Position numbers and translations under genes: made by a program. A DNA stretch of 63,447 nucleotides, counting the filler, from Reclinomonas americana ATCC 50394 (taxonomy: Eukaryota), in assembly GCA_048213135.1 (NCBI GenBank). It is 15 parts of 15 records of this genome, joined end to end, with 100 filler letters (N's around TTAATTAATTAA, not from the genome) between each part and the next. Parts side by side here need not be neighbours in the genome. Positions count along the whole stretch, not along the records: positions 32,716 to 36,445 come from AFZH01022062.1; positions 36,546 to 40,815 come from AFZH01022063.1; positions 40,916 to 49,115 come from AFZH01022064.1; 12 more parts are not named here. One strand, written 5' to 3'. Positions 35,980 through 48,400 of the stretch are shown here, piece by piece. The notes below the pieces were generated by a model. That model worked only from the letters and a program-made list of their open reading frames with translations, was not told the origin of the DNA and searched no databases. Positions within the stretch are counted from its first letter, which is position 1; every line of letters begins with the position of its first letter.

Positions 35980-36272
35980 ATGCAATCACTGACGCGAAGA
36001 TGGGCACTGTTTGCGCGTCCTTTGCCGCCTCTCATGCGCACCATGATGACTAGTGTGGACGACAGTGAGGAGTCTGTGGTGAAGACAGTGGCCGCAGTGA
36101 GCTCGCTGCTGACTGCGCCAGTGTGGACGCGACTGGATGCTCTGTCTGTGCGATATGAGCGTGTGTTGGGTGACATGCAGAGGGGGGTGGTGCTCGATGC
36201 GGAGCAGGCCAAGGAGATGGCGCGTTTGTCGGAGTTGAGAGAGCGGGTGTTGTCGTGTCGGAAGTTGATGGA
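35980..36272 (+). CDS. First exon of a probable mitochondrial class-1 peptide release factor (PrfA-like), truncated by the gap
   Basis: Arg-rich, acid-free N-terminus resembling a presequence, then RLDALSVRYERVLGDM...AKEMARLSEL resembling the RF1 N-terminal helices. Donor GAG|GTGAGG. GGQ domain not seen. Confidence 0.45.
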
Positions 36273-36545
36273 GGTGAGGAGGGGAATGGGGGAGGGGGAG
36301 AGGGAGAGGGAGGGAGGGAGGGAGGGAGGGAGAGAGAGAGAGAGAAGGAGGAACATAGAGAGAGAGAGAGAGAGAGACAAAGAGGGAGGAAGCGACGACA
36401 GCGAGGGAGGAAGCGACGACAGCGAGGGAGGAAGCGACGACAGCGNNNNNNNNNNNNNNNNNNNNNNNNNNNNNNNNNNNNNNNNNNNNTTAATTAATTA
36501 ANNNNNNNNNNNNNNNNNNNNNNNNNNNNNNNNNNNNNNNNNNNN

Positions 36546-37089
36546 CCCTGCGACCCACTCACTCAGCACATGTGGATACACAGACACATTAGGTGCACTG
36601 TATAGGCGCGCACCTCCCATGGACACGACATTGGCATCGTTATGCTGTCGCGCGAGTGCCGCCGTCAAGTGATCGTGGACGAGCGCACAACGAATCCCAT
36701 TGTGCTTATTCGCGGCAATGCTAATGCCAATGCCGGTGCCGCACACCACAACTCCGATGTCGGCCTCGCCCGAAAGAACCGCCTGACACACCTTCGACGC
36801 ATAATCCGGGTAATCCGCCTGAAAGAAACAATCCAGTCAGTGACGTGTCCAATGTGAGAAGAGCAGGTGGGTGCGCGCACACAACTCGATCAGCAGAGTG
36901 AGTGCCCATGTCAATGACTTGCACGGGCTTGAGCTCGCCCTCTCCTGCGCCCTCCAGGTACGTCAGAGTGCGCGCATGTTCGGCCAGCTGCTGCTTCAAC
37001 TCAAATCCGCCGTGGTCGGCGCCAATCGCCACTCGGCCAAACAGCGATGTGGCAATGCGGTGCACGCGAGACGATGAGCTGGAGGCCAT
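36546..37089 (-). CDS. rpiB: Ribose-5-phosphate isomerase B (3' truncated)
   Basis: IGADHGGFELK, GTHSADR|ADYPDYA, VCGTGIGISIAANK.NGIRCA and ARQHNDANV, with two spliceosomal introns. Confidence 0.95.
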
Positions 37090-37324
37090 GTCACACTGGA
37101 AGAAGGAGAAATCAATGCGTGGAGCGTCGCGTCCGGCGGCCCTGCTCGCGAACGTTACTGCTAATTGTCACACGCGCGCAAAACAACACAACGAAAATGA
37201 CCACGCTTGCGCATCAAGGCCTGGTGGTCGACGTCTCGGTGCGTGCGTGCGTGCATGAGGCACACTGAAAATTGAGAAGCAATGCTCACTCTTTGTTTGG
37301 GAAAAAAAGGTGCCCGAGTCGAGA

Positions 37325-37821
37325 ATGAATCGATACTGGGAGGTGTATGCCTCGCACGACGCACAACGCGCCGGCTTCATGCCTGTCAACGCTCTGGCCG
37401 ACGCACTGATCGGTGCGTTGGTTGAAACGCCACGTAGCTTCAATCGCGCTGACTGAGACTTGTGTGATGTGCAGAGTTGGAGTACAAGGTGGCGCCGACC
37501 AAGACACCCACCGATCTGCTGCAAGACTTCAACATCTCCACGAGCAAAGGCATCGAATTCACAGAGTTTGTGCGCGTGTGTGAGGAGCTGTTTGCGGCGA
37601 CGCAGCCGAGCGAGGACAGTGACTCGTTGGAGGCGTTTGTGGCCATGGGCGGGCGCGCAGACAAGAGCGGCAAGGTTGATGTGGAAACCGTGGCCAAGAC
37701 GCTGGCGGTGTTCGGGTTGCGCGTGGATGTGTTCCAGGAGTGGGTCAAGGCCGTCGACAAGCAGCGCACGGGTGAAATTGATTTTCCCACGTTTTGCCGC
37801 CTCTTTTGTGAGACGGCTTGA
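37325..37821 (+). CDS. Calmodulin-like outer-arm dynein light chain 4 (LC4-like), 1 intron
   Basis: EF-hand protein with the LC4-type signature DSLEAFVAMGGRADKSGKV and C-terminal DKQRTGEIDFPTF. Confidence 0.7.
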
Positions 37822-37943
37822 GGTGAGGAGGAGGAGGCAAATGAATGTAGGTGGGTGAATAGGTGTGGTTTCTTTCATTTTATAGGCGGGTAGGAGAGAA
37901 TAGGAAGGAGGAGGAGGAGGAGAGAGAGAGAGTAGTTTTTTCT

Positions 37944-40900
37944 TTAGTGCAGCTTGGTGATGATGCCCAGGGCGATGGTCTTGCCCTCGTCGCGGATGAC
38001 GAACCTGTGGGTGGGTGGGGGAAGTGGTGAGATGATGGTGGGGAGGGAAAGGGGAGGGAAAGGGGAAGGGAGGGGAGAAGGGAAAGGGGAGGTGAGGAGA
38101 AAAGGCGCTTGGGATGCGAAGAGAAGGGGTTGAAGAGCAAGAGTGCTGGTTCTCAGATTCAAGAGAGGACAGGAGGTGAAGAGAAAAGGGCGCTTGAAAC
38201 TGAATCATGGCGATGAGAAGAGGAGCAAGAGTGCTGTTTCTACAGTATCAGTAGACTGAGATAGGAGAGGAGGGGAGGAGAACGGGGGAAACTGATTCGT
38301 CAAGGGCAAGGGTACTGTGTCTACAGTGACGCGAAGACAGAGGTGACGGTAGCACCCATCAACATGACGGCTCTCATGCCAAAGGAATACTCGCGAGACG
38401 GGAAAGGTACACGGACAGCGGCTCGGGATGTGGAAGGAGAGTGCTCATGAGCACACAATAAAGCAAGGAGGAGATGAGGGGAACGAGAAGAAAAAGGAGA
38501 GATCGAGAGGGGCAGGGCACTCGCTAGACACGAGAAGGGGAAGAGGGCGAAGGGAGCGAGCAGACATTGCAAAGCAGCAAGTCATGTGTCTCTTCCCACC
38601 ACTACAAAGAGAAAGAGAGAAAGCGAGCACACTCAACTTTGAACACAATCGATCGCAAGAAGAAGTAGAAGAGGAAGAAGGAGGAGGAGAACGACGCACT
38701 CTCCGTCAGCACAGTCACACAAACATACACAGTGTGAGAGTGAGTACACCCAACTCCTCCCCTCTCCTCTTCTCCCCTCTCTTCTTCTCTTGTCTCCCTT
38801 CCCCGCCTCCGCACAAACCTTCCAAGTCGGTCAAACACGCTGAAGGGCTCGATGCACAGCGGTGCCGTGGTCTGCAGCCTGGCAATGACATTGTCGCCCG
38901 TCTTGCAGAACTTTGGCAGCTTCTTGGTGATCTGATTCTTCTTGTCGACCATCGCGTGCAGCTTGATGAGGGTGAACTCCTCGACGGCGGCGTGCACGTG
39001 CAACACCGCCTGGAAACCGGCCGAGATGATGCTCTTGTAGTCCAGAATCATGAGGCGTGCGTCGAACAGTGTCACGGCCGGAACCGGGTCGTCCACTGCG
39101 CACAACACGTTGCCGGCGTGCATGTCGTCCGCCTGGCCGGGGAAGAGGGAGAGTGAGCGGGACGGAAAGAAAAGGAGGGCGAGGAAAATGAAGACAACGA
39201 CGAAACATCAATGTTGCGCAACCGAAGCCGCACATTGTCGCCCGGCTCGGCAGCCTCAAACTTGGTGGTGTCGACGAAAATGTCCTGCACCTCGACCAGT
39301 GTGCGCTGAGGCATCACCAGCAGGCGCATGTCGGGCCGGATGGAACCGCACTCCAACTTGCCAGCCACCACTGTGCCCATGTCCTTGTACTTGTCGAAGA
39401 TGGTGAACCTGGGGGAAAGGAAAGAAAGGAAAGAGGCGGAGAGTGAGAAACTTTCGCAGGATGAAGTATTATTTCTTCTGTCCACTCGCAGATGGGTGCC
39501 GATCATTATTGTCTCGTAAATGCTTCCAACTCATTCACAATGTGTTCGTTTTCGCGTCTTGAGACCACTTCCTGGCTCACGATACCACTCTCATGTCACA
39601 GTGCCACGCAGACGAAAGGAGGCAAAATATATGCAAGCTGATCGGTCACTACTTCCTCTCGCTCATGATATTCCAGTGCTGCTTCTCTCTCCCCCAATCT
39701 CCATTCCTCCTCTCTCACCTCACAGGTCGGTCGTACAGGCGCTCTGGTGGCTTGAGGTCGTCGAGGTACTGGATCAGCGACGGGCCACTGTGTCACGCAC
39801 GAGCAGTCAGTCATCAACAACAAACTGAATCGCACACACGACGAGCGAAACTCGTAATATGCGCGAGCAGGGTGGCCTTCCGGGTACGGATGCAGCAGGT
39901 TGTCGCCTGCACGATGAAAGAGATGAGAGGTTTAATCAACTGCTTGTCACACTTCCACACATGCACGCACCTCGCAGTCCGCTGATGGGAATAAAGTACA
40001 CATCCGACGGCGCAAAACCGACTGCAGATACACGAATGTAAGCTTACAGACGAAACGTGCCACATATACACACCTGTCGCCACTCAACTCTTCTTCAGGA
40101 AAGCACCAATGCCCTCCACCACCGAGTTGTAGCGCTCGGCGCTCCACTCCACTGTTGGGTCGTCGAGCTTGTTCACCGCCACAATCAGCTTGCGCACACC
40201 AGTGGTGCGTGCCAGCACAGCGTGCTCTCTGGTCTGCCCTGAGCGGTCAAAGCCGGCCTCGAACTCACCACGGCGAGCCGAAATCACCTGCAGGAACAGC
40301 AAGAATCAGCAAGCGGAAGGAGCAGAAAAGAGGAAGGGAGGAGGAGGAGCAAAGTCCGCGCACATTCATACTCTCATCTATCTTTCCACGGCAAGTGCCA
40401 CTTGCTTCTCAGCGCTCCGTGATGCATCTCGCGTTATCCTGCACTTCCCCTCTCGCTCACCATCCCTTGCCAATCCCTATAGAAGGAGGCACTCGCGACC
40501 TTCGCACTTGCTTCACAAATCTATGAGTTCTGCCTCCATCACTTGCCTCTGCTCGTTCTCTCTCACACTTATCACAACACTCGGTGACGCATCCTGCACG
40601 AACAGGCTTCTACCACATCCTTCCCGTGCCACTTCTCTCTCCGCAGAGAACAATATCCCTCAAGGACGTACAGCACGAGTATCTCGCTTGTATCTTACTC
40701 CATCGCCACTCCATCTACCAGTCTCTCGCAGTACAAAGAAGCGTATCTCTCTATTTAACAATCACTCTGCCCTCTCGCAAGAACACACGCTTACACCGTG
40801 TCTGCCTCCATTGCCNNNNNNNNNNNNNNNNNNNNNNNNNNNNNNNNNNNNNNNNNNNNTTAATTAATTAANNNNNNNNNNNNNNNNNNNNNNNNNNNNN

Positions 40901-42212
40901 NNNNNNNNNNNNNNNAAAACAAGCAGCACTATCAAGACCTCTCTCTCTCTCTCCTCCGTTCTCCCCTTTTCCCCTTTCCCCCCTCTCTCCCTTCCCCCCC
41001 TTTCCCTTCTATCCCCTTCTCCTTTCCTCACCAGCACTCCCACATCAGCCTGCGACGCTCCACCAATCATGTGCGACACAAACTGCACGTGACCCGGCGC
41101 ATCCAAGATGGTGACACGCTTGTGCTCCGTGTAAAAGTACGCGTAGCCACACTCGTGCGTCTTGCCACGCTCGCGCTCCTCCGGATTCGTATCAATAGCC
41201 CACGCATACATCCATGACTCACGACCCTTGGCCTTGGCATCACGCTCGTACTTTTCCATCGTGCGCTGATCCACCATTCCCGTGAGATACAAAATGTGAC
41301 CCGACGTCGTCGACTTGCCCGCATCTACATGCCCGATGAACACAATGTTCAGCGGCTTCTTGCCCGCATGCAGAGCCTCCTCGGCGGCAGCAGCAGCCTC
41401 GGCCGCGGCAATCTCTGTGTGCGTGCGTGCGTGTGTGAGCAACCGTTGTACGAGCATACATGCACATCCACTCCTCGCACCAGCCGCATCCAACTCCGCA
41501 TCCTCGTCAATCACCGCCGCACCGCTGCCCGACCCAGAACCGCCGTACAACAGCTCCTCCTCCAGCACGGCCTGTGCTCGCCAAGAACAGAGTGAGCACT
41601 CGACGGCGGGAGTGAATCAATCTGCGAATGAGTGGCTGACCTCGGGCACCACTGCCTGCGGCGTGACCTGCAAGTTGCTGCGCATCTTGTCGGCCAACTC
41701 CGCCAGCAGCTCATCCTCGGTGGTGTCGTCGGGCTCCGCCGCCAGCGCAGCCTCCACAACAGAAGGAACAACAGGTGCTGCTGCCGCGGGTGCCACTGGC
41801 GCTGGAGCTGGTGCTGGTGCTGGCACTGGTGCAGGTGCTGGTGCTGGTGCAGGCGGTGCAGCACTGGCAGCAGCAGCAGCAGCAGGAGCAGGAGCCGCAG
41901 CAGCCGCAGCCGGACCTGAGACAGCGTCACTAGTGTAAGGACATGTCGCACTGCCGCACTCGCGCACACGCCGAGAATCATCGCGCATCGAGCACAGCGA
42001 CACACACAGGCACGCGCGCAAGATCACACAGAGACAGACTGACTGACAGACAGAGAGCAGCAGAGGCAGAGGCACAAGACGGTCATCAGCGGCCATGTGC
42101 ACATGCACAACCAACTAAACATGCATCTCTCAACAGTGCGCGTGTGTGAATCAAAGTGAGAAGAGACGCAACGACGCGGCGGCATGAAGAAGGGAACCGC
42201 GTTGGGATCCAT
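37944..42212 (-). CDS. SUP35: Eukaryotic release factor 3 (10 introns, crosses the gap at 40816)
   Basis: PAM2-like MDPNAVPFFMP, NIVFIGHVDAGKST, ILDAPGH, ISARRGEFEAGFDRSGQTREH, NKLDDPTVEW, DKYKDMGTVV and LGRFVIRDEGKTIA. Confidence 0.95.
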
Positions 42213-42611
42213 GGCTCACAGATACAAAGAGAAAATGAAACGAGATGAAAGTGCCAAATTAAAATCAGTGTTTTCCATCCTCGCTCGCGCTCTTGTGACA
42301 ACTCACGACTGTGACCACTCTGATGAACGAGGCACAGGGGCCAAACAACTGGTCAGCACCTTCTCCTCTGTCTCTCTTTTCTACTCTGACTCTCACTGTA
42401 CAGTCTCTTTTATGCACAGGCGATGTTGGTTTGCGCCTCGGAGTATTCTTCTCTCGGCGTGGTTCACCATTGTGAAGCCGAGTTACGCTCATTCTTGTGT
42501 AAGCTTCATAGTGTATGAGTGTTGTCTCATAGGTGTGAGGCAGAGTAGACTTGTCAACGTGGTGGATGCGCTCGCCCTTTTGCGGACCGATGAATGCACT
42601 TGTCATGGTGA

Positions 42612-42672
<61 letters not shown>

Positions 42673-43268
42673 TCCTCTCCTCCCCCCCTCTCTCTCTTCT
42701 TGTGCCTCATCTCCTGTTGCAGTGCTGCTGTCCACTCTGCCTTGTGCTGATGCTGGTGGTTCTGATGCCGGTGGCCGTGCTCATTGATGGACTGCTGTTG
42801 GGTGTGTGGCTGCTTACGTGCGGCTACTGCTGTGCGCGACCTGTGCGCAGTGTGCAGGCGCAGTGGCGGGGCGAGTGGGAAGACGTGGAGTGCTGTGCAT
42901 GTACGACCGTGTGGGAGGCGAGGAGAGCCGAGGAGGAGGAGCGGAGAGCATCAAAGATGAGACCGCAGCAGTGATGATGATGCCATTCCCAATCGACACA
43001 AGTGGGAACTGTGCTGTGCTGGCCCCAGCCCCTCCCACCGCAGAGATACGTGGGACCGACAAACACGTTTACACAAATCGCGGGAGGGTTGTAAGTGGAG
43101 GAGACAAGGGGGAGAGACACACACACAAAATGAGAGCATATATACGGAAGGAGAGGGGAGGGGGACGTGGCAGTCTCGCAGCAACACACAATGCGCCATC
43201 GTAATAAAAAAGGAAAAGGGGAGGAGAATTTCAACAGCGACGAGGGCGACCGGGCATCGACAGGCGCG

Positions 43269-45238
43269 TTACTTGACCATGTTGTAGATGAAACTGCGAG
43301 GCACACACACAGGGAAAAGTGAGGATAACACGCACAGACATACTCACGCGTTTTGTTCCGACAGGCCAACTCACCCCGCCAAACTGCAAGCACACGCAAG
43401 TGAGACAATCGAAAGAAATAGCAGATGGGTGTGGCAGAAGCGAACGCAACGCCAAAATGATGCAGATGCAGCACACGTCGAGGCAGAAGCGACCGGGCCC
43501 ACGGATCTTGCCCAGCGTCTCCTTCAGCCTCTTGTTGATGCCGTACAGCTCCTGGTTGAGGTGATCGGTCTTGTCCTCTAGCTTCTGCAACATGGCATTC
43601 TGTCTGTCCACCGTCTGGCCGAGGCTCCTGGCCTGCTGTCCCAGTTCGGCCACACGGCCGCCGAGCTCCCTCACACCAGCGTCGATCCTTGCGTCACGCA
43701 TCTGCACCTCCTTGTTGAAGTCACTGAGATCGATCTCCGGCAAGTTGGTTCGTGTGGGATCCTCTGCATGCACGCACACACGCATCGTCATGTGAGGATG
43801 CCATGCACGTTGGGAATCGCGCAATGCGAGCATCTTGCGCGCAAAGACCACGCAACGAAGCGAGTCCACCGACGCAAATCCACCCGAGGTCGGCGCCGCC
43901 GAAGCGCGCGGTGCCGTGGCCGGCTTCTTGAGCTCGTTCACCTCCTCCACGTGACGACGCATGATTTCAAACGCCTGCTTCTTCAAGCTGAACTCACGCT
44001 CCAACTCATCGCTCGGCTGCAGTGACGCACGCAAGATGAACACACACACACGGGCAATGATGCATGTGAGCGGCGGCGCGTTCAGACCTTCTTGCGAAGC
44101 TTCTGCTGATCACGCTTCAAAATCTCGTCGCACTCCTGCATCCAATCCTGCACCTGCTTGAAGTCCCTGTGGATCTTTTGCGTAATCTGCACCTTTTCTC
44201 GCGACCGCGGGTCATCCCGCTGCAACTCCTGCTTCTTCTTCAAATCCTACGATACCAAGGTAAATAAAAGCGACTGTGTAAGAAGAGGAAGCAAGTGAGC
44301 GTCGCACCTCGCGGATCTCCTGCAGCTTGTTGGCAATCAGCCGCTTGCGCTGATTGAACGGGTCCAGCCTATGCAAACAAGCGCGCGCCATGTCACACTC
44401 TTAACCTCGAAAAAACACAAGCACAAACGTACACAGCAAACGATCGCACACACACACGCGGTGCAGACACACACACACGTAGCAGACACGCTCACTGTCG
44501 ACTCCTCACAGGGAAAGAGAGAAGCAGCGAGTGAAAGTGAAGTCAATCACACACACAAAGAAAAGGAATGATCGCTCTCCCTTGCTCTCTCTTTCACTAC
44601 CCGTTGTACTGTGCGCTCACTGTACGTGTAATACACAGTGCGTGTGTGCGAGAGAGAGAGAGAGAGACACGCAACTTGTTGAACTCCTCCTCCTCACGCG
44701 CCCTTTGCGGATCCGTGCGCGCGTCCAGCGGATCGTGGATATCCAGCAAATGCTACACAACACACACACACACAGAGAGAGCACACAAACAAACACAAGA
44801 CAGAGTCAGCAAGAGAGTTTGGAAATGACCGACTGACCAGCGCGCCATCTCACACACTCTCACTCACACACAAGAGAGAGAGAGACTCACTCACTCACCC
44901 GCGTCAGGTTGCGCAGTCGGTTGTCCTTCATGCCCGCCAAGTACGCCGTTTGCAGAGGTGGTCTGCAAGAGAAAAAGAGAGTGAGAGAAAGAGAGAGAAA
45001 GAGAGCGCTCTCTCCTTTGCACAACACGCACACACACATCATGCGCGCGTATGCGTGTCTCTCTGTATATGCGCATGCATGCACAAAGCGACTCACAGCA
45101 CTGTCTCTCTCCTATGTACATCTCTCTTGTGCCCCTCTCACTCTCTCTCTGTTGCTCTTACCTTTGCTTGAGAACGACCTTGCCGACCTTGGCCGGCTTA
45201 CCCGGGCCCGAGCCACTTGCAGGCGCAGCAGCACTCAT
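43269..45238 (-). CDS. SYP7-family Qc-SNARE (8 introns, including a 9-nt exon)
   Basis: SNARE motif with zero-layer Q (VDRQNAML) and C-terminus INKRLKETLGKIRGPGRFCLDVCCICIILALAGFIYNMVK matching the SYP7 pattern. Confidence 0.8.
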
Positions 45239-45489
45239 CGCAGTTGTTGAAGTTGTGGTTGAAGTTGTGGTAACAGAAAGTTGTTGCACAAGTTAAGGTT
45301 GCTCACACACACGCGTTTAGAGACTCCCTCGAGCTGAACGACACACACGCGCGCGCTCTCACTGGATAGGTGATACAAGGTGATCATGAAGTGATCAAAG
45401 GAATTTTCATTTCATGCTCGCAATCAATCAAATCGTGCGCTTTTTTTATCTGATGCGCCTTCGTGTGTTATAAAAAGCAGCGCTACATA

Positions 45490-48400
45490 ATGCCGCCCAA
45501 GTGCATCAATCAAGGCCTCGTGCAGTATCTCTCGGTGCGTGACTTGGCGACGACGAGAGAAGAGAGAGCGCGGGAAATCGAGGGTTGTGGTGCTTGCAGT
45601 CTGCTCTCTCTCTCTGCTCAGCCCCGGAAGAGTCAGAATAGGCGCGTCTCTGTAAGTTGCCACACAGGCGCTCAACGCGTCTCTGCTTAACTCTTGATGA
45701 CAAGTCACTTCGATCAAAATCACTCTTCTTCTTTCTCACTTCTCTCTCACTCTCTCTTCTCCACTCGTCACAGAGGGAAGAGACAGTGGGAACAGGCGCA
45801 TCTTAGCTGTCACACAGGCGCTCAAGGCAATCTGCTTGACTCTTGAGCTTCTGTCACAATCGCTCTTCTCTCTCTCTCTCTCGCTCTCTTCTCCACACTC
45901 CGCAGAATGAAGCTTGCAGTGGGAATAGGCGCAACTTAGTTGTCACACAGGCGCTCAAGGTGAATCTGCTTGACTCTTGATGACAAGTCACTTTGATCAC
46001 AATCACTCTTCTTCTCTCTCACTCTCTCTTCTCCACTTGTCACAGAGGGAAGAGACACTGAGAAGAGGCGCAACTTAGTTGTTACGCAGACCCTCAAGGC
46101 AATCTGCTTGACTCTTGAGCTTCTTTCACAATCGCTCCTCTCTCTCTCTCTCTCTCGCTCTCTTCTCCACTCTCCGCAGAATGAAGCTTGCAGTGAGCAG
46201 CAGCGCATCTTATAGTTGGCACACAGGCGCTCAATGCGTCTCTGCTTGACTGTTGAGTCGCAAGTCACTTCGATCACAATCACTCCTCTTCTCTCTCACT
46301 TCACTCTGTCACATGACACTCCCTTCCTTCTCATCATCATCACCGTCTCTCCGTCTTTGTCTCTTTTGTCAGGCTCGTCGCGAGGAGCTTGCCTCTGAGA
46401 AGCACACGTTTGCGCTGAACCGAGCGATCCGATCGGTGAGAGACTGCGAGTTTCTGGTGACGAGTGTGGCGCTGGCGAAGACACTGGGTGGTGTGGGCGA
46501 CTGGGTGGGTGCCATGGTCGACGAGTATCTGAATACGTGCCCGGGACGAGTGCCGTTGGCGCCGGCTGGGACGCCGAGGAGTTGCGTGGAGAACATGGAA
46601 GTGAGGAAGGGACAGTGTCTTGACAAGAACATGTTGTGCAGTGCGCTTTCTCATCTCCCAACTCTCTGGTCTCTCCGCACCTTTCTCTTCTTCTCCCTTT
46701 CTGTTCTCTGCCTTCTCTTTCCCTTGTCTCTCCCCTTGTATTCTTTCTCTTTCCTATTCTCCATGCCCTTTTCCTCTGTCTCCTCTTCTCCCTTTCTGTT
46801 CTCTCTCTCCCTTCCCTTCTCCTTTTCCCCCTCGCTCACCACATGCACAGAGGTGGGCCAGAAACGCGCCGCCGACGATATACCTCTCCCGGCTGCCTTG
46901 GCCGATGTACCTTTCCCCGATGACATTCCGCTCCCCGCTGCCGCCAGAGAGGGAGAACCTCCACTCAAGAAGAAGAAGCAGGTGCTGCCGAAAGAGTACA
47001 TGCCGAGGTACGGTTCGGCGGCGGCGGCCATCTTGATTTGCATGTATCGCAAGCTGCGCACGCGGCAGTGGTGGTCCAAGGATTCCATTGTGGGTAAGGC
47101 TGCACGATTCACGGAAACGCCCATGCTGCCGGTGAGCTGGCACCCCCACAGACAGGCCGTGAGAGGGTGGAGTAGAGATACAGTGCTTGTGAGAGAGATA
47201 TTTTTTCTGTTCCTCGAGCTCAGCATCTGCTTCCTTGTTGTTCTTTGTTTCATCTCGTCTTCAGTTTTCTTGTTCTTCTCCTATTTCTTCTTCATGGCGC
47301 TTTCTCGGAACTTTCTCGTTGACCGCTGGATGCAGGAACGTGGGGCCATTGCCGCCGGCAAGTATTACGCTGGGTGGGATTCGATCAAGGTGCTGCAGAA
47401 CAAGCAACTGGTCGTCACCAAGTCGGAGGGTCGTGTGCATCTGTATGGATTGTCGCAGGATGGTGCCGAGTTGGCGCAGCGTGTCGATGAGGCGTACCGC
47501 AAGGTCAATGCGCAACTGCTGTTCGACAGCGACGACGATGTGGTGAATGCGCCGTTGCCGGTGGACAGCCAGCGCCTGCCGAGAGCCACTGTCTACAGGG
47601 TGCCTGCTGACGGTGAGGAGGCCGTGAGGGACGACGGGCGGCTGGCGATATCGGGCAGTCCTTTCGGCCAACTCTTCCCCATCAACGGGTACTTTTACAT
47701 GACAGCCGCTGGTCGCCGGACGCTGGAGCGCAGTGAGGCGCAGGTGATGTACTTTGAGGCCGGTCGCCCGTCGTATCTCGTCGAGAAGCACGAGTTGCTG
47801 GAGGCGCGCCACCCGAATCTTTGCATACGACCCATTGACCCGACTTGCGGACTCGTTCCGCCACAGGTATGGTGGCGCGCCTGCGTGTAGTCCGATAACG
47901 AAGACAACGCTGAACCGTCTCTCGTCGCAGGCGTACGGCTGGTTACCGCACCTCGGTTCCGCCAACACTCTCGTCATGGCGCAACAACCAAAACCGCTGA
48001 ATCCCGGTGGAGGTCGGTCACCTTTCCTCCATCGCTTCTTTCACATCCATCTGTTTCCTCACCTGTTCGCTATCGCAGCGGTGGCCGCTGTCGGCAAAGC
48101 TCAGCCTCCTCCTCCTCCTCTGCACCTTCCTCCTCCTCCTCCACCACCACCACCACCGGCACGACCAGCAGCTGCAGCAGCGGACGCAGCACCGAGTCGG
48201 AAATCCGCAGCGTCGAGCAGGAAGACGAAGACAAAGGAACGGAAGGAGAAGCGGGTGGCCGACGACGTCGTCGAAGTTGTAGACGTGGCGCCGTCAAAGA
48301 AACGCGAGATCCCGATGGACGATGAATTGGACGACGACGACGTTGACGAAGGCGGTGACGACGATGTGATTGATCTCACCGAGTCAGCAGCGGCGGCTGT

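Noticed and set aside
38280..39700. Possible intronic snoRNAs in the two long eRF3 introns
   Set aside because: The sequence is complex, but I found no convincing C/D or H/ACA box pair or rRNA guide by eye. An Infernal scan would be needed.
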